A stretch of 63,980 nt of DNA, filler included, from Diploschistes diacapsis (Eukaryota), in the NCBI GenBank assembly GCA_023645945.1. It is 5 parts of 5 records of this genome, joined end to end, with 100 filler letters (N's around TTAATTAATTAA, not from the genome) between each part and the next. Parts side by side here need not be neighbours in the genome. Positions count along the whole stretch, not along the records: positions 38,648 to 51,410 come from JALAIB010000712.1; 4 more parts are not named here. One strand, written 5' to 3'. Below, one piece after another: positions 38,648-51,510 of this stretch; position 1 is the first letter of the stretch, and each line of letters begins with the position of its first letter. The notes under the pieces are model-generated. The model searched no databases. It was not told where the DNA came from and worked only from the letters and a program-made list of their open reading frames with translations. The translations under genes and the position numbers were made by a program.

Positions 38648-41600
38648 CCCCTCCCCTCCCCTCCCCTCATAGCCTGGCCCTTCGGGACTGCGTTGCCTTG
38701 GCTTGCTGTACGAAGGATGTGCGTAGGTAGTAGTGGAATCATCACGTAAGTCTGCGCGGAGTCCCTCGGTCTCCACAGGTACTGCAAAGGAAAGCGGAGT
38801 TACGACGAAGAGTTGCGGTGGTTGCAAATCTCGCGTATTATTCGGGATGGCCTGGTATGGGACCGTATGGCTGGCGGAGCCTGGCTCTCGTTTGCTCGCC
38901 TGCCTGTGAGCCAATCACGATGCTGAAAGGCGAGTTTTCTGTTTCTCTTGCCCAGACGCCGCAGGTAGAGAGTTTGGCAGAGTCGGGCTGGAGGGTTGGA
39001 GTGGACAAAAGGGCCGGGGTTTTGCCTAGGAGCTAAGGAACCGACAAAGTGAAAAAGTATGGGAGCGGTGATTGAGTGGTTGGGTGGGAAAAAAAATAGT
39101 TGTAGATATATTGGGATCAGTCTTGCTCACAACTTCAATGTTATCTGTCGCTGCTATCCTCTCTTCTTTTACGCTGGCTATGCCGCCGCCTCTTCTTTCT
39201 TGTTTGCTTGCGTGCTCGCGTGCTCGCGTGCTTGCTTATGCATTCCTTGCGAGCTATTTTATGGGCAGTTGATGGCGGCGTTACTTCTTCGAATGACAAC
39301 ACAGCTTCTAGTGTCGACTGTTGCTTGTTGAGCTGGGCATATCAAACGCACCAAGGTTGGAGCAAGGCATGGTTTGGCGAGATTGGTCAAAAAGCCGGGA
39401 GGAAAGCTGCAACAGCATGTTCCCGGCGGAAGGGCATCAAATGAGGCATTACCCAGCCAATACTGACTCGAGTAGCCAATGACTGCAGTCAGATGCCAGA
39501 TGCCAGAAGCCGTGATGGTTGAACTTGGACTGGAACTCGAAGGAAGGGTCAATCAAGGATAACTGTGTTGCTTTTCCACTGTTTAGCAGCATTTCTTCCA
39601 GGGTTAGGCCTGCTCGAGATGCGTCGAGGTCTCGGATTTTTTGATTTTCCCTTTTTGCTTATTGGGGCTCTTGGTCTTGGCGTTCATGCTCTTCGGTTCC
39701 ACAGTTGTACACAGTGTACACGGAGTTAACAGTCACAAGAAGATATAGATATAGATATAGTCAGCGAGGCTACAGGCTACAGCCACAGCCTACCTTACAG
39801 TCTACAGCCTACAGCTGAACGTCATCACAGATTGTCACTTTGAGAATCCAGCTGTTCAACAACGGGTACGCACGCACACAACAAGAGACAGAGACAGCGG
39901 CAGCTCCGTCTAGCAATCCAGCAACGATTGGGCCGCAAGAGCTGCTTTATTAACTAACCATGACGATGATGGAGCTCCCGCGTGCACGGAGATTTGTCCG
40001 TCCCAAACTCCCAGCTGCTTCTTTCGTCTTCGTCGATTGGTACGATTGTACATAGAGTTCTGGCAGAATAAGCAATTCAGCTTCGACCTTACCGTAAAGG
40101 AGTTGGTTGGATAAGCGTCGACGCCTGTTCCCATCCCATGTTTTGCCTCGATGCTCCAAAACTCCGGCCATCGTTGATGGTACTCCAGGACTGGAATCCC
40201 AGGAGACCAGGAGGCCAGGAGGCCAGGAGCGGGAGATGGTGGGGGATAGCAGTAGATCTCTCTCTACGAAGTATCTCTACGCGCATAGGGGCGGGAGATA
40301 TAGCTCGGCCCTATCACGCATATGGTAAAGCTCCCCGCTGTTATCCGATTCCTCACCCGCCGACACTAGATACCTTTTTACAAGTACCGGAAGGGGAAGG
40401 GGAAGGGGAAGGGGAAAGGAGGACCCCCACCCAAGCTACGCCTCTAACCGCTTGTGCCCCCCGCTTAACTCAGTTGGTCTAGTTGATGTTGATCTAAGTT
40501 GATCTGGTTGATCTGTAAATGCCATTCCCCCAACGTGCCTCGCCTGGCGCACTAATTGCCATCTCCTGAACCAGCAGGAAAACTCAGCTCTATCTCGCCA
40601 TGATTATTCCAGGGAATCCCGTACCTAACACTGCTCGGCCCCTGTTACCTGACAGCACAGCACTCAACGATGCCACTATCGTTTTTAGAGCCATCCACAA
40701 CATCTCCGCTACGATGAATGCTGATCGCGTGAGCTGTCGTTGCGGTAGAGATTGTCTCTGATGTGCAGCGGCTTCGCAATGACCGTGGCAAGCTTGAAAT
40801 TCGTAGTGTGCTACTTCACACAGGATCCTACATCCTTCAATCCTTGGATAACGAGACGAGATCCCGTCAGAATACAGGCAAGATGATGATACGCTTCGAA
40901 CTCACTCTGGTAATAAGAAAGGCAACTTTTAGGTCCAATCAGCCCACGCTTGGCTGAAGATTGGACGCTTTCTCAATCACCTGCAAAGCGATTGACATTT
41001 CACGCTCATCTTCCAATTCAGGACAAGCAGGATTCTCTTTATATGTTTGCGGCGCACGAAAACACCGGTTGTCTTCCGGAAAGCAGGAATTCAGGTAGGG
41101 TCTAGCATTTGGGGTTTGACAGTGGACCGAATCACCCTGAGTTTGCGTGATCTCTTCAAAGTCTTTAAGCTCAGGAACCTTGAAATACTCGTATTTGACT
41201 CCATCTTCTTCATGTCTTGCAGTGCGCCGCTCTTTCCTTCCATCTAATTTTCTGGGCGGACAAGCTGCCTCCCTTCCTGTTCTTTCGGGGCATTCGGCGT
41301 CTCCTCTAGCATCGCCTATACTTCTCTCCGAGTGGATGGTACCGCATGAGTGCACGGCGAAGGCGTGGTCAGCTCGTGACTAAAGTAGTCCTAATCGTTC
41401 TTGATGCTCGTGCTGCGTAGTATCGATCACACTGCCATCGAAGTCTCAACCGATTAATGGTTGTACCTTGTGATTTATAGCTTCCCATTATGAAACGGCC
41501 CTTGCCGTCTCCATCTTGAAGACAGTCGAAACTTCAGGTCTTGATAGAGGAAGTTAACCAATCCCACATCGTTCTCGTCCCATCGGGCAAAGGATCATGC

Positions 41601-42318
41601 CTTTGAAGGATGAAAAATGAAGCTCGAGATAACCGTGCGTACGCGCAGTCCTTCACATGCTCAAGCAACGCTTCTCCACTATCAATTGCCAGTTTTCTTC
41701 TCGAACCAGGAAGGGCCTGCATAAGGTGGCCTCAAGAGGTAGGGGGAAGCTGTACAACTATCCCTGTACTTGGAGAGGTTATCGACCATGGCTCTAGCTG
41801 TATAGTTAAAGGCTCTAAATATCGTCAAGATTTTGATATCCGCCGCAGAGAATACATAAGACCATATCTTGGCTGGGAATATGGGTAGAAGGATAGTCGA
41901 GGAACCCTGAAGCGCTATTTTTGACTCACTCGTTGTCTAGTGGGCATGATATTACTGGAAGCTGGCCATTGATGGCGCCTCCGCTAACCATACCCTTTGG
42001 TGCTGGACTGGATAGGACTTCAAGTCTGACCTTCGTTACATGGTCTTCATTGATCATAGTAGTGCTCCAGAACGGTTAAGATCTCTGGGGATAATGTAAT
42101 AGCAAATTTTACATGATCGTGTATCAAATAAATTAAAAGCTACCCCTATAGATCACGAAAGGGCTCAATGTTCAAGGGACATACTGAAACGCCACAGTTA
42201 CTGAGCCCTTATGGGCTCGGCAACTCCCGTTAATGGCATCAATATCAAAATGTGGCGCAAGCGGATCTGAGAAAGCAGCCAGATTTCTTACACTGCCCAA
42301 CTCGGTATAAGTCGCAGA

Positions 42319-44888
42319 ATGGAGGCAGATATCAGAGCCCAAATACCGGGCATTGACCCAGTCATATCGGAGTACTCTGCTGTATGAGAAACCATATTTG
42401 GATCTACAAGGACAAACATTAAGGCTCTAATAGGGATATCTAAACCATGCCGCCATCCAGTATATATCCGACTCAGACCCCAAAACTCAGTCGCCTTTAC
42501 AGGAGGCTGCTGACAGAATCACGGAACTTCTGATTAGTGCATCTGGCAACTTCTCTGATCAAAACGCAGCTTCTATCCGTAACCTTGTAGATAAATTCAT
42601 CTCCAAGCTCAGCGATGCCCATGGAATCGATGGTGAGCGTCGGCAGATGGCCCCAAGTGCCAAAAAGCTGGACCATACAATCCAAGTTAGCTCACAGCGC
42701 AACATCTCATCAACGCTGGGCCTCGCCAGTGGAGGCGTGGATCTGGAGTCGGCCAACTCCCGCAAAGTTGAGTCTCGAGTGGATAAGAAGAAGCTCGAGA
42801 AGGCGGAACGCAAGATCCGGGCCAAGCAAGACAAGAAGGTAATGAAAAATGTCGAGTATGAGGCCTCACGTCTGCTTGATCAGCCAAACGAAACTCAGTC
42901 CTATGAGGAATTCTTCATGGCGGTGAACCCTCTGCAGCTGGGTGGCGACCAGGCGAAGAGCAAGGATGTCAAGATTGATAGTTTTGATGTCTCGATTTCT
43001 GGCAAGAGGATACTGTCTGATACGTCGCTCACGCTGGCATATGGTCGTCGCTATGGTCTTGTGGGTCAGAACGGCATCGGTAAGAGTACTTTGCTCCGCG
43101 CTCTCAGTCGGAGAGAAGTTGCTATTCCCACCCATATTTCAATCCTTCACGTAGAACAAGAGGCAAGTCCCGAGTTTACGTTGCTCGAGGTTGAATACAT
43201 CCTAAGCAAAGCAGATTACGGGTGATGACACCCCGGCTCTACAAGCAGTACTGGATGCTGATGTCTGGCGAAAGCATCTTCTTGCTGAGCAGGAGGTAAA
43301 GAACGAACACCCCTGCCAAGGAGAAGGCCAATGCTAACTGGTCGATAGAAAATCATTAAACAATTGGCCAATATCGAAACCGAACGATCTTCCATGGCCG
43401 ATACCTCGTCTGATGCCGAGAGACTGGACAAGGAACGCGAGGGCCTAGATTCAACACTCACCGACATTCAGGCCAAGCTTTCAGAAATGGAATCAGACAA
43501 GGCGGAGCCGAGAGCGGCCAGCATTTTGGCCGGACTCGGATTCTCCAAGGAGAGACAAGGGTATGCGACAAAAACCTTCTCTGGGGGTTGGAGGATGAGA
43601 CTGGCGCTTGCGCGAGCTCTTTTCTGCGAGCCTGACCTTCTGTTGCTCGACGGTATGGGATAGCCTAGGCTACTGGATTCGGTTTTGCTGATTCGTCCAG
43701 AGCCGTCGAACATGTTGGATGTGCCCTCCATCACCTTCCTCTCAAATTATCTGCAGACTTACCCTTCTACTCTCCTGGTGGTCTCGCACGACAGAGCCTT
43801 CCTGAACGAAGTCGCCACGGATATTGTACACCAGCACTCGGAACGGCTCGATTACTACAAGGGGGCTGACTTTGGTATGCTCTTACTACCCTTCTACAAT
43901 AATAATGCTAACCTGGCTAGACTCATTCTATGCCACGAAAGAAGAGCGAAGAAAGACTGCGAAGCGCGAATACGAGAACCAAATGGTGCAGAGAGCTCAC
44001 CTACAAGCCTTCATCGACAAGTTCAGGTACAATGCCGCAAAGTCCTCTGAAGCTCAATCTCGAATTAAGAAACTGGAGAAGATGCCGGTCCTTGAGGCGC
44101 CAGAGAGCGAGTACACGGTTCGCTTCAAGTTCCCTGAAGTTGAAAAAATGTCACCACCAATCATACAGATGAGTGGCGTGACGTTTGGCTATCAGAAGGA
44201 CCTGACCTTACTCAAGAACGTTGACTTGGACGTGCAACTGGACTCGCGGATAGGCATTGTCGGACCCAATGGGGCCGGTAAGACAACTGTGTTGAAACTA
44301 CTGATAGGGCAACTACAGCCTACGGCGGGCATCATCAGTCAGAATCCTCGATTACGGGTAGGATACTTTGCGCAGCACCACGTTGATGCTCTCGACATGA
44401 ATGACAGTGCAGTGGGTTTCATGGCCAAACGGTATCCGGGGAAGCAGGATGAGGAATACCGAAGGCATTTGGGAGCGTAAGTCGTCCCTTGTAACACGCC
44501 CGTTGAGTTGGAGTTGTGTTGACTGATCTCCGATAGCTTCGGAATTACTGGTATGACAGGTCTCCAGAAAATGGAGCTGCTGTCGGGAGGTCAAAAATCG
44601 CGTGTTGCCTTCGCCTGCCTATCCCTTACGAACCCGCATGTGCTAGTCCTGGATGAACCGTCCAACCATCTCGACATCGAAGCCATGGATGCCCTGTCGA
44701 GCGCGCTGCGGGCCTTCCAGGGCGGGGTGCTGATGGTGTCGCACGACGTGACCATGCTGCAGAACGTCTGTAATAGCCTATGGGTCTGCGATCGTGGTAC
44801 AGTTGAGCAGTTCCCTGGCGACGTCAAGGCGTACAAGAAGAGGATCATGGCGCAGGCCAACGAGGCTGGAGTGGTCCAGGCGCATTGA
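42319..44888 (+). CDS. GCN20: ABC-F protein Gcn20/ABCF3, multi-exon, including one GC-AG intron
   Basis: Two ABC cassettes without TM segments: [45 protein letters not shown] and [12 protein letters not shown]...[11 protein letters not shown]. First exon [21 protein letters not shown]. Confidence 0.95.
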
Positions 44889-45209
44889 TCTTGAGGGCAA
44901 TTACTGGGTAGATTGGCGGGAGGGTCATACGTTGTTCTACCACTAGTGGTCGCACATAGAAGTGATGCGAATTCCAAAACTGCTATACCTTATGCTGTCA
45001 TACAAAAAACCCATAGATTCCTTTACAGGGGAACATTCCATATAGTATGGCCAGTCCGTTACGTTACTCTGACATTTTGTTCGTGCCACTTTGTTTGTCT
45101 GATCTTCCTGCAGTACACTATTGCTGAAAGCTCGCCAAACACCTTCTGTTTCGGCCTTTAGCAGTTCGAATCCAACGACAAAGCGTTTGAGTTTTGCGGG
45201 GAAGAGTCT

Positions 45210-45248
45210 AAGGAAGGAAGGAAGGAAGGAAGGAAAGAAAGAAAGAAA
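45210..45248. repeat. (GGAA)n(GAAA)n polypurine microsatellite
   Basis: Directly visible. Confidence 0.85.
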
Positions 45249-45484
45249 GTGTAGATGATGACGCCATCGGAAGCATCGAGACTTTTTTCGTTTGTTTCAT
45301 GCCCCAGTCTCTGACTTCTCCGCGATGCTGTCAGCGGTGGACGTCGATCCCCTCCTCTATTCTACTCTTCGAGATGGAGGACGGATATCCCTTGGGCTAT
45401 GCTGCGAAATAGAGCTGCTAACGCTGCGACTTTGTTACTCAAACCCAGTCTCACACTACATCGAACTTGAACGACCTCATTGAG

Positions 45485-47032
45485 ATGACACATTCATCTA
45501 CTTTCAACTGGACAGCGTCAATACGCTTGCTACTTGCATCCTTATCCTTGACCATAGCACAATGTCCTACCTCCATAACGCCAACGAATTCCATCAAGCC
45601 AACCGTTGCTTCCGACTACGCCTACCAGGTTGTCGCAACAGGATTGACGGCTCCTCGGTCGTTACAGTTCGACTCCGCAGGGAATCTCTTGGTGCTTGAG
45701 CAAAACAAGGGTCTTTCGAGCCATGTACTCAAAGACAATGGCGGGCCTTGTGTGAGCTTCTCATCAAGCAAGTATCTGATACAGGACACCAACGTAAGGA
45801 TACCTTAGTTCCCCGGCTATGCGCTTTCTGATAATTGCTTACAGCTCACTCATGGGCTTGCACTTTCCCCTGATGAGAGCATCGTCTATGTCTCTTCTTC
45901 GAGTGAGGTATATGCCTATTCCTACGATGCAACCAGTAGCTCTGTGGGCGCCAATAGGTCGACTCTCGTCACAGGTATGCAGGGCACAGACCACACAACC
46001 AGAACTTTGCTCTATCCGCGTCACGTGAATAATACACTGGTCGTCAGCAGAGGAAGCACTTCAAATTTTGATATTGGAGCTACCACAGTGTCTACGGGTA
46101 TCAGTCAGGTCCGTGCCTTTGCCTTGAATGGCTCCATGTCGAGCCCCTACGACTATGGCACTAGTGGAATGCTACTCGGATGGGGTCTCCGCAACGATGT
46201 TGGCGTCGCAGAGCACCCTACTACTGGTGGAATCTGGAGCGTTGAAAACTCCATCGACCAGCTTACTCGAAATGGCGCTGATATCCATGAAAATAACCCT
46301 GGCGAAGAGCTCAATTGGCTTGGATATTTAAATGGCACGAACGAAACCACTCAAGGAACAGACTTTGGCTACCCTTACTGTCTTACAGCCTGGGATCCTT
46401 CCGTATTACCCGATAACGGAAACATTACGGTCGGAACGCCTTTTGCTTCAGTTTCCTCCAACGATTCGATGTGTGCAAAAACAACGGTACCAAGACTAAC
46501 GTTTCAAGCTCATATGGTATGTCCGGATCGCTTTCGTTATCAAACCGTTTGCTTACGCAATTATTTGCAATAGGCCCCGATCGATATCAAATTCAACGGC
46601 AGCAGCGGGACGGATGCATGGATATCCTTTCACGGGAGCTGGGATCGAACAGACCCTGTAGGCTATAAAGTGGCTATGGTGAAGTTTGCAAACGGACAGC
46701 CGGTCGATCTCCCTACAAGCAATACCTCGGTCACGACCATATTAGGCAATGCGAACAATACCGCCTGCCCAGACAACTGTTTCCGCCCCACCGGTTTGAC
46801 TTTTGATAGCAAAGGTCGTTTGTTCGTGGCCAGCGACGCCTCCGGGGAGGTTTATGTTGTTACCAGTGGGTCCGCAAATAGCTCTACGAACAACAGTTCG
46901 CCAACGGCGACAAGCGGAGCCCCAAGCTCAACCTCGAGCTCGAGCTCAAGCGGGTCGTCTAGTGGTTTACGGGTACAAGAATGGGCCTTTGGGACAATGG
47001 GGTTCCTTTTCCTTATTTGGGCACTAATGTAA
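45485..47032 (+). CDS. Secreted, probably GPI-anchored glucose/sorbosone dehydrogenase-like beta-propeller (CAZy AA12-like); exons 45485-45793, 45845-46516, 46574-47032
   Basis: Signal peptide; HTTRTL, GWGLRNDVG, WSVENS.D, NNPGEELN, FGYPYC, FQAH|APIDI, FHGSWDR and CFRP.GL.FD..GRLF; Ser-rich spacer and hydrophobic C-terminus. Confidence 0.88.
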
Positions 47033-49242
47033 TTCGTGTGCGCAGCGGCCCTTCGTCATGATATAATCATGTAATAGGACAATAGCAGTACAGTGGTATT
47101 ATACCTTAGAGAACAAGACCGGTTTCGTGACAATCAGACTGCTGCGGGCACAGAGGTTACAAATTTGTTTGGAATCATCTAATTGTAAAATAGGTGTTCA
47201 TCCGCTCTGCTACTCTCAGGTCGCTTGGTTATCAGGATATGCTTTACTTTAAGAATTCCAACAGCCTCAAGTGCCTACTTTCAGGATATCCCACGGATAA
47301 CTGGTGGCCTTCAGCTCTGCGACCCGGAGAAATTGGCAGGAACGCGAATGCCCACACAAGTTCCTCCAGCTGCTATCACCGCCAAAGGCTATTCCCGGAT
47401 TTGATACCCTGTCTTGACTCTCTTCTGAAAGCATACAAAATACTTAAAGCTTGAACTATCTGTGGCCTGGTTTTCTGTCTTGTCTTTCTGATGGTTTGAA
47501 GCTTTTCAGTATTCCAATATTTCACTGACTCTTCTTCCGGTTTCAGTCCGGAAAGAGAGCTACTGATAGACAATCCTAGGTTTATGCTCCTTTGAACCCC
47601 ATGGGCAAGAAGCTTGAGCTTTTAACAAGCTATCCTCGGAGCCTCAAGAACAATCCTGCAGCATTATCGTTTCTGTTCGGCTATTGAGAGACCTCATAGC
47701 TTTGTACTTAGCACCAGCCCTCGTTCGTGTTGCATCCTTGCTCTTCATGGGCTATCATTACTGGAAGCACCCGTGACTGCGCCGGAAGGATTAGCAAGCG
47801 ACCTGTCTAAACAGGGGTTTGACCGGAACTCGGCTATAGTCGATGTATCAAGCCTCGTATGGAGGTTCACAGTTGCTTCTTAGCGTACGGTTTAGGAGCC
47901 CGAACATACCTGCCGAATGGCTCATTGGTTTCGACTTTGGGGTTTTCTGGCGTGAACGAGTTCTCTGTGGGTTCTTGTGATCGGGCCACGGGGGGTTGAA
48001 ACAGTTGCCCTTCTTGTTAGCTTGTCAACTTCTCTAGGGAAAGGCCCAGGCTCACCCCTCATTGAATTGGAGAAGAGTGTATTCGCATTGGCCCTCACTC
48101 AAGAGCCACCTGAGTCTCGAGGATACTGAAGTTGCGCATCGTTCTTGGCTCTGGGTCTTTCGCTTTGTCGCTCTAGATAGTGCCAAATACCTAGCGTCTT
48201 TATTCGAAAGTCGTTCTCATTAAACGCTGAATGTTGATCATCCCTCTCTTAACGCTGGATGTTATTGCCTTCGCTTACCACTACATGTCCACTGGCCTTC
48301 CCTTACTATCGAAGCCAAGCTTCAAGAAGCTCCCCTCCCCTATGCTTTCTCCTTGAGTAGACCTGGGTCTCTACTCTTTCCTCAACCATTGCCTCGCTTC
48401 GGCTCTTTTGGGATTCTTTGAATGACCTGGTCATGCTCCAAACTACGGTTCGTTGACTTCTCTCTTTGCGGTTTTCTGGAAGCTACCTTCAGAATTGAAC
48501 GTTAGCGACCTTACGTCAAGTCTTCTATCGGTGCCTATCAACTCCCAGCGTTCTCTGGTGGCAAAATACCATAAGCTGGCTTCTTGAATGAGGCAGGAAA
48601 CACTGGGTCTATCATTTCACTATCAATTTGCAATCAAGCGCATAAACGGGCGCGGCTTCCGAAACGCAGCAAGTATTCAGAGCTCATTTCCAAAGTCACA
48701 TCGATCAATATCAACGAAGAGCCCCATCACCGGCAAGAATTCAGGCCAACCTCACTTCAAACGGTAAAGTGATGGATTCGGTAGGAGAACCCCCTGCGCT
48801 AGCGCGGTGCCAAGACCCAGAAGTTACCCGTTTTGTCTATTTCCTTACCAAACTTCACATTTTTCGCAACCACTTCTGAACCCCTTCGAATACTTGATAT
48901 ACATTGATATTTCTATTGTCAGTGTACTGCAAGACACAGGCAAAGGCCATGGGAAACAGCACATTAGGGAGGCTGGGAGGACTGCCCTCATGTCCACAAC
49001 ACAATTTCGAGCATTTTCTTCCCCCCTGCACCCTTCCTCTTCTCTTTCTCTTCTTCACCCTCTATTTTACGTTCGAGATACCCAGTTTCTTTGCATAGAT
49101 TGCACTGCAAACCGCTTCTTACTGTGCTGGCGCAGTTCTTGCTTCTATCAACGTAGAACGTTGAAATCCTTTTACTGCCTTTCGTCGTTTTCAGCAAGTC
49201 CGGGGTTGCGTTCTGAACGATCAATTGAAAAAATCAGCCAAG

Positions 49243-51410
49243 ATGGGCGTGGACGCCCTACCAAACGAGGTAAGCCATTCCCAACTTTAAGAGAGCCGCG
49301 CAGAACGGCGCAATGCGATGGGCTACCCACGAAAGCTCCACCCTTGTGAAAACCAAATGGTTCTTCCAAGCGTGAGCCCTTATGAGAGCAATGTTCTGAC
49401 TTCAATTGCAACGTACCTCAGCTCATTCTGATGGTCGCTGGACACTTGGACAGCGACGCAGACTTGAAAAGCCTTGGCCGAGTCTGCAGGCAGATCCGCG
49501 AAACTATAAACCATCCGACGGCATCGATCTGGCGGCCCCGTCATGCTGCAAAGTATGACGGTGCTTGCGTTATGAACTCCAACGACATTCAAATGGAGTA
49601 CAAGCGATTCGCCAACATGTGGAAGATTCACAATTCCAGTGTGGCCGCCCCCATGCGTGACAAGTACGAAAACTATGTCCTCCTGCTCAAAGGTGAGCAT
49701 ATCCAGGCATTTCGGGAGGTCGAAGCAAGAACCATTTTGGCTGACCATGTGCCAGGGGCTTACAGAGGCGTTCCTCATGGTGGGAAGAGCCTGAACCTGG
49801 CAGGCATGGAGCGCATTGCCAGGTCAAGCCTCTTTATGGAATGCATCTTCGATCAGGAGGATTGCCCCTTTAACCCACACGAGTCGCTAGAGAACCTTCG
49901 GACGATAGGCGCCGTTCAAACCGCCCTGGTCCACCTTCCCCTCGATGGGTATTTCGAGCAGCCAGGACGCAGCTTCCGTTTGTATCAATCGTTGGCTTAT
50001 AGCCGTAAGTAACTTTGATGCGCATGAGCTCGTTCTTGGAGAGATGGGTTGCTGACTGCCGGTGGTAGGTCCTGACCACCTCCCTCTTATCCAGAAGGAT
50101 GGCACGTTGAACTTGCCCCTGGCCCTTGGAATTTTCAACTTTTTCAACTACGCCTTCCAGGACGAGAATGAGGATGTTGGTTTGGCCTACTACGGGCTCC
50201 CAGCCCGCCTTCGCCCTCGGAAGTGGGACAGACCCCTAAAGCGTGGGATTGACGGTTTAGGAAAGAGGTGGTTGGGCGTGTCCGGTATTGTCTGAGTAGC
50301 GGGTGCGCAGATTAAAGTGGGCACTCATGCTAACAAGCTGTCAACAGCCTACATGGACGACGAGAAAAAACTCGACATTGTCCGCAACTACCCAGGCCCC
50401 GAGGGTTGCGACGAGATCGTGCTCGACACCTTCGACTCCGCTGCGGGCCCGAACCGTTTCCACCGACTGGAGCTCAACTTCGAAGAGCAGAACCAACCTG
50501 CTTGGCCCGGTAGGTTTTCTCCGGCCCGTTACCTTTTGAACATCGAATGGTCGGATGACTAAAACAAGCATGCCATTACAGACAAATGGGAGTCCTACCT
50601 CGAGTCCCTTCCCCCCAAATCCATGCTCCAAAAGCTGAACGACGACCTCGCCCAAGATTCTGCGCCGGAGCCTCCAGCCTCAAAGACAGCAGCAGCCACG
50701 ACGGCCAACACCACCAAAGCGCACATGACCCGCCACAAAACGGCTCTGCACTACGAGGCCATCAAGCAGCTCCCACGCCTCGGGCCCGGCAACCCCACAG
50801 TTTCTGCTCCCGCTCCCGCTCCTGCCTCTTCTCCTTCTCCTTCTCCGGCTCTCGACATCCCCACCGCTGCGACATCCGCACCTGCACCCGCATCATCGGC
50901 AGCGGCACCCACCAAACCAAGAAAACCCCCCCGGCGCCCGCGCCCGCAAGCGCCCATCCGCTCGACGCACTACGCCCCCCTGCTCGGCACGCTGCCGGAC
51001 CACCAGCACGTGCTGGCCGGCAACCTGCACGCGCTGCCCGCGCAGGCCGGCCTGCCGGGCTTCCAGCGCGTGTCGTGGCTGAGCTTCCACACGGCGGACG
51101 TGGCGCAGCTGCCGCTCGACAGGGGGGGCCTGAGCGTGCGGGAGGTGGTCGAGGAGGTTCGCAGGCGCGAGGGGCCCGGCGCGAGCGCGAACGGTGCGCG
51201 CGGCAAGGGCATGCACGCCACGGACGCGCAAGCCGCCGCCGCCGCCGCCGCCGCCGCGCCGAAGCAGCAGCAGCAGCAGCAACCCAACGGCCCCGAGCGC
51301 AAGGAGAACAAGCGCGAGCCGGATGGAACCGGCAGCGTCTTCGGAAACGACACTGCTCCTGCCGCTGCCGCTGCTGCTGCTGCTGCTCCTGCCATCCGCC
51401 CTTCTCCTTC
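49243..51410 (+). CDS. Fungal F-box-domain protein, 3'-truncated by the contig end
   Basis: MGVDALPNE|LILMVAGHLDSDADLKSLGRVCRQ across intron 49270-49421 forms an F-box. Further GT-AG introns link the ORF pieces up to LHALPAQAGLPGFQRV. Confidence 0.75.
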
Positions 51411-51510
51411 NNNNNNNNNNNNNNNNNNNNNNNNNNNNNNNNNNNNNNNNNNNNTTAATTAATTAANNNNNNNNNNNNNNNNNNNNNNNNNNNNNNNNNN
51501 NNNNNNNNNN
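51411..51510. other. Artificial contig spacer N44-TTAATTAATTAA-N44
   Basis: Same linker as at 12793. Confidence 0.97.

Noticed and set aside
12837..51466. TTAATTAATTAA palindromes recurring about every 12.9 kb as a biological periodic element
   Set aside because: Each is embedded in exactly 44+44 Ns. This is an artificial all-frame-stop contig linker.
50586..51466. Multiple long overlapping ORFs on both strands as overlapping genes
   Set aside because: Explained by very high GC and GCC/CAG triplet runs that suppress stop codons. The same applies to antisense ORFs over CHO1, allantoinase and the Myb gene.
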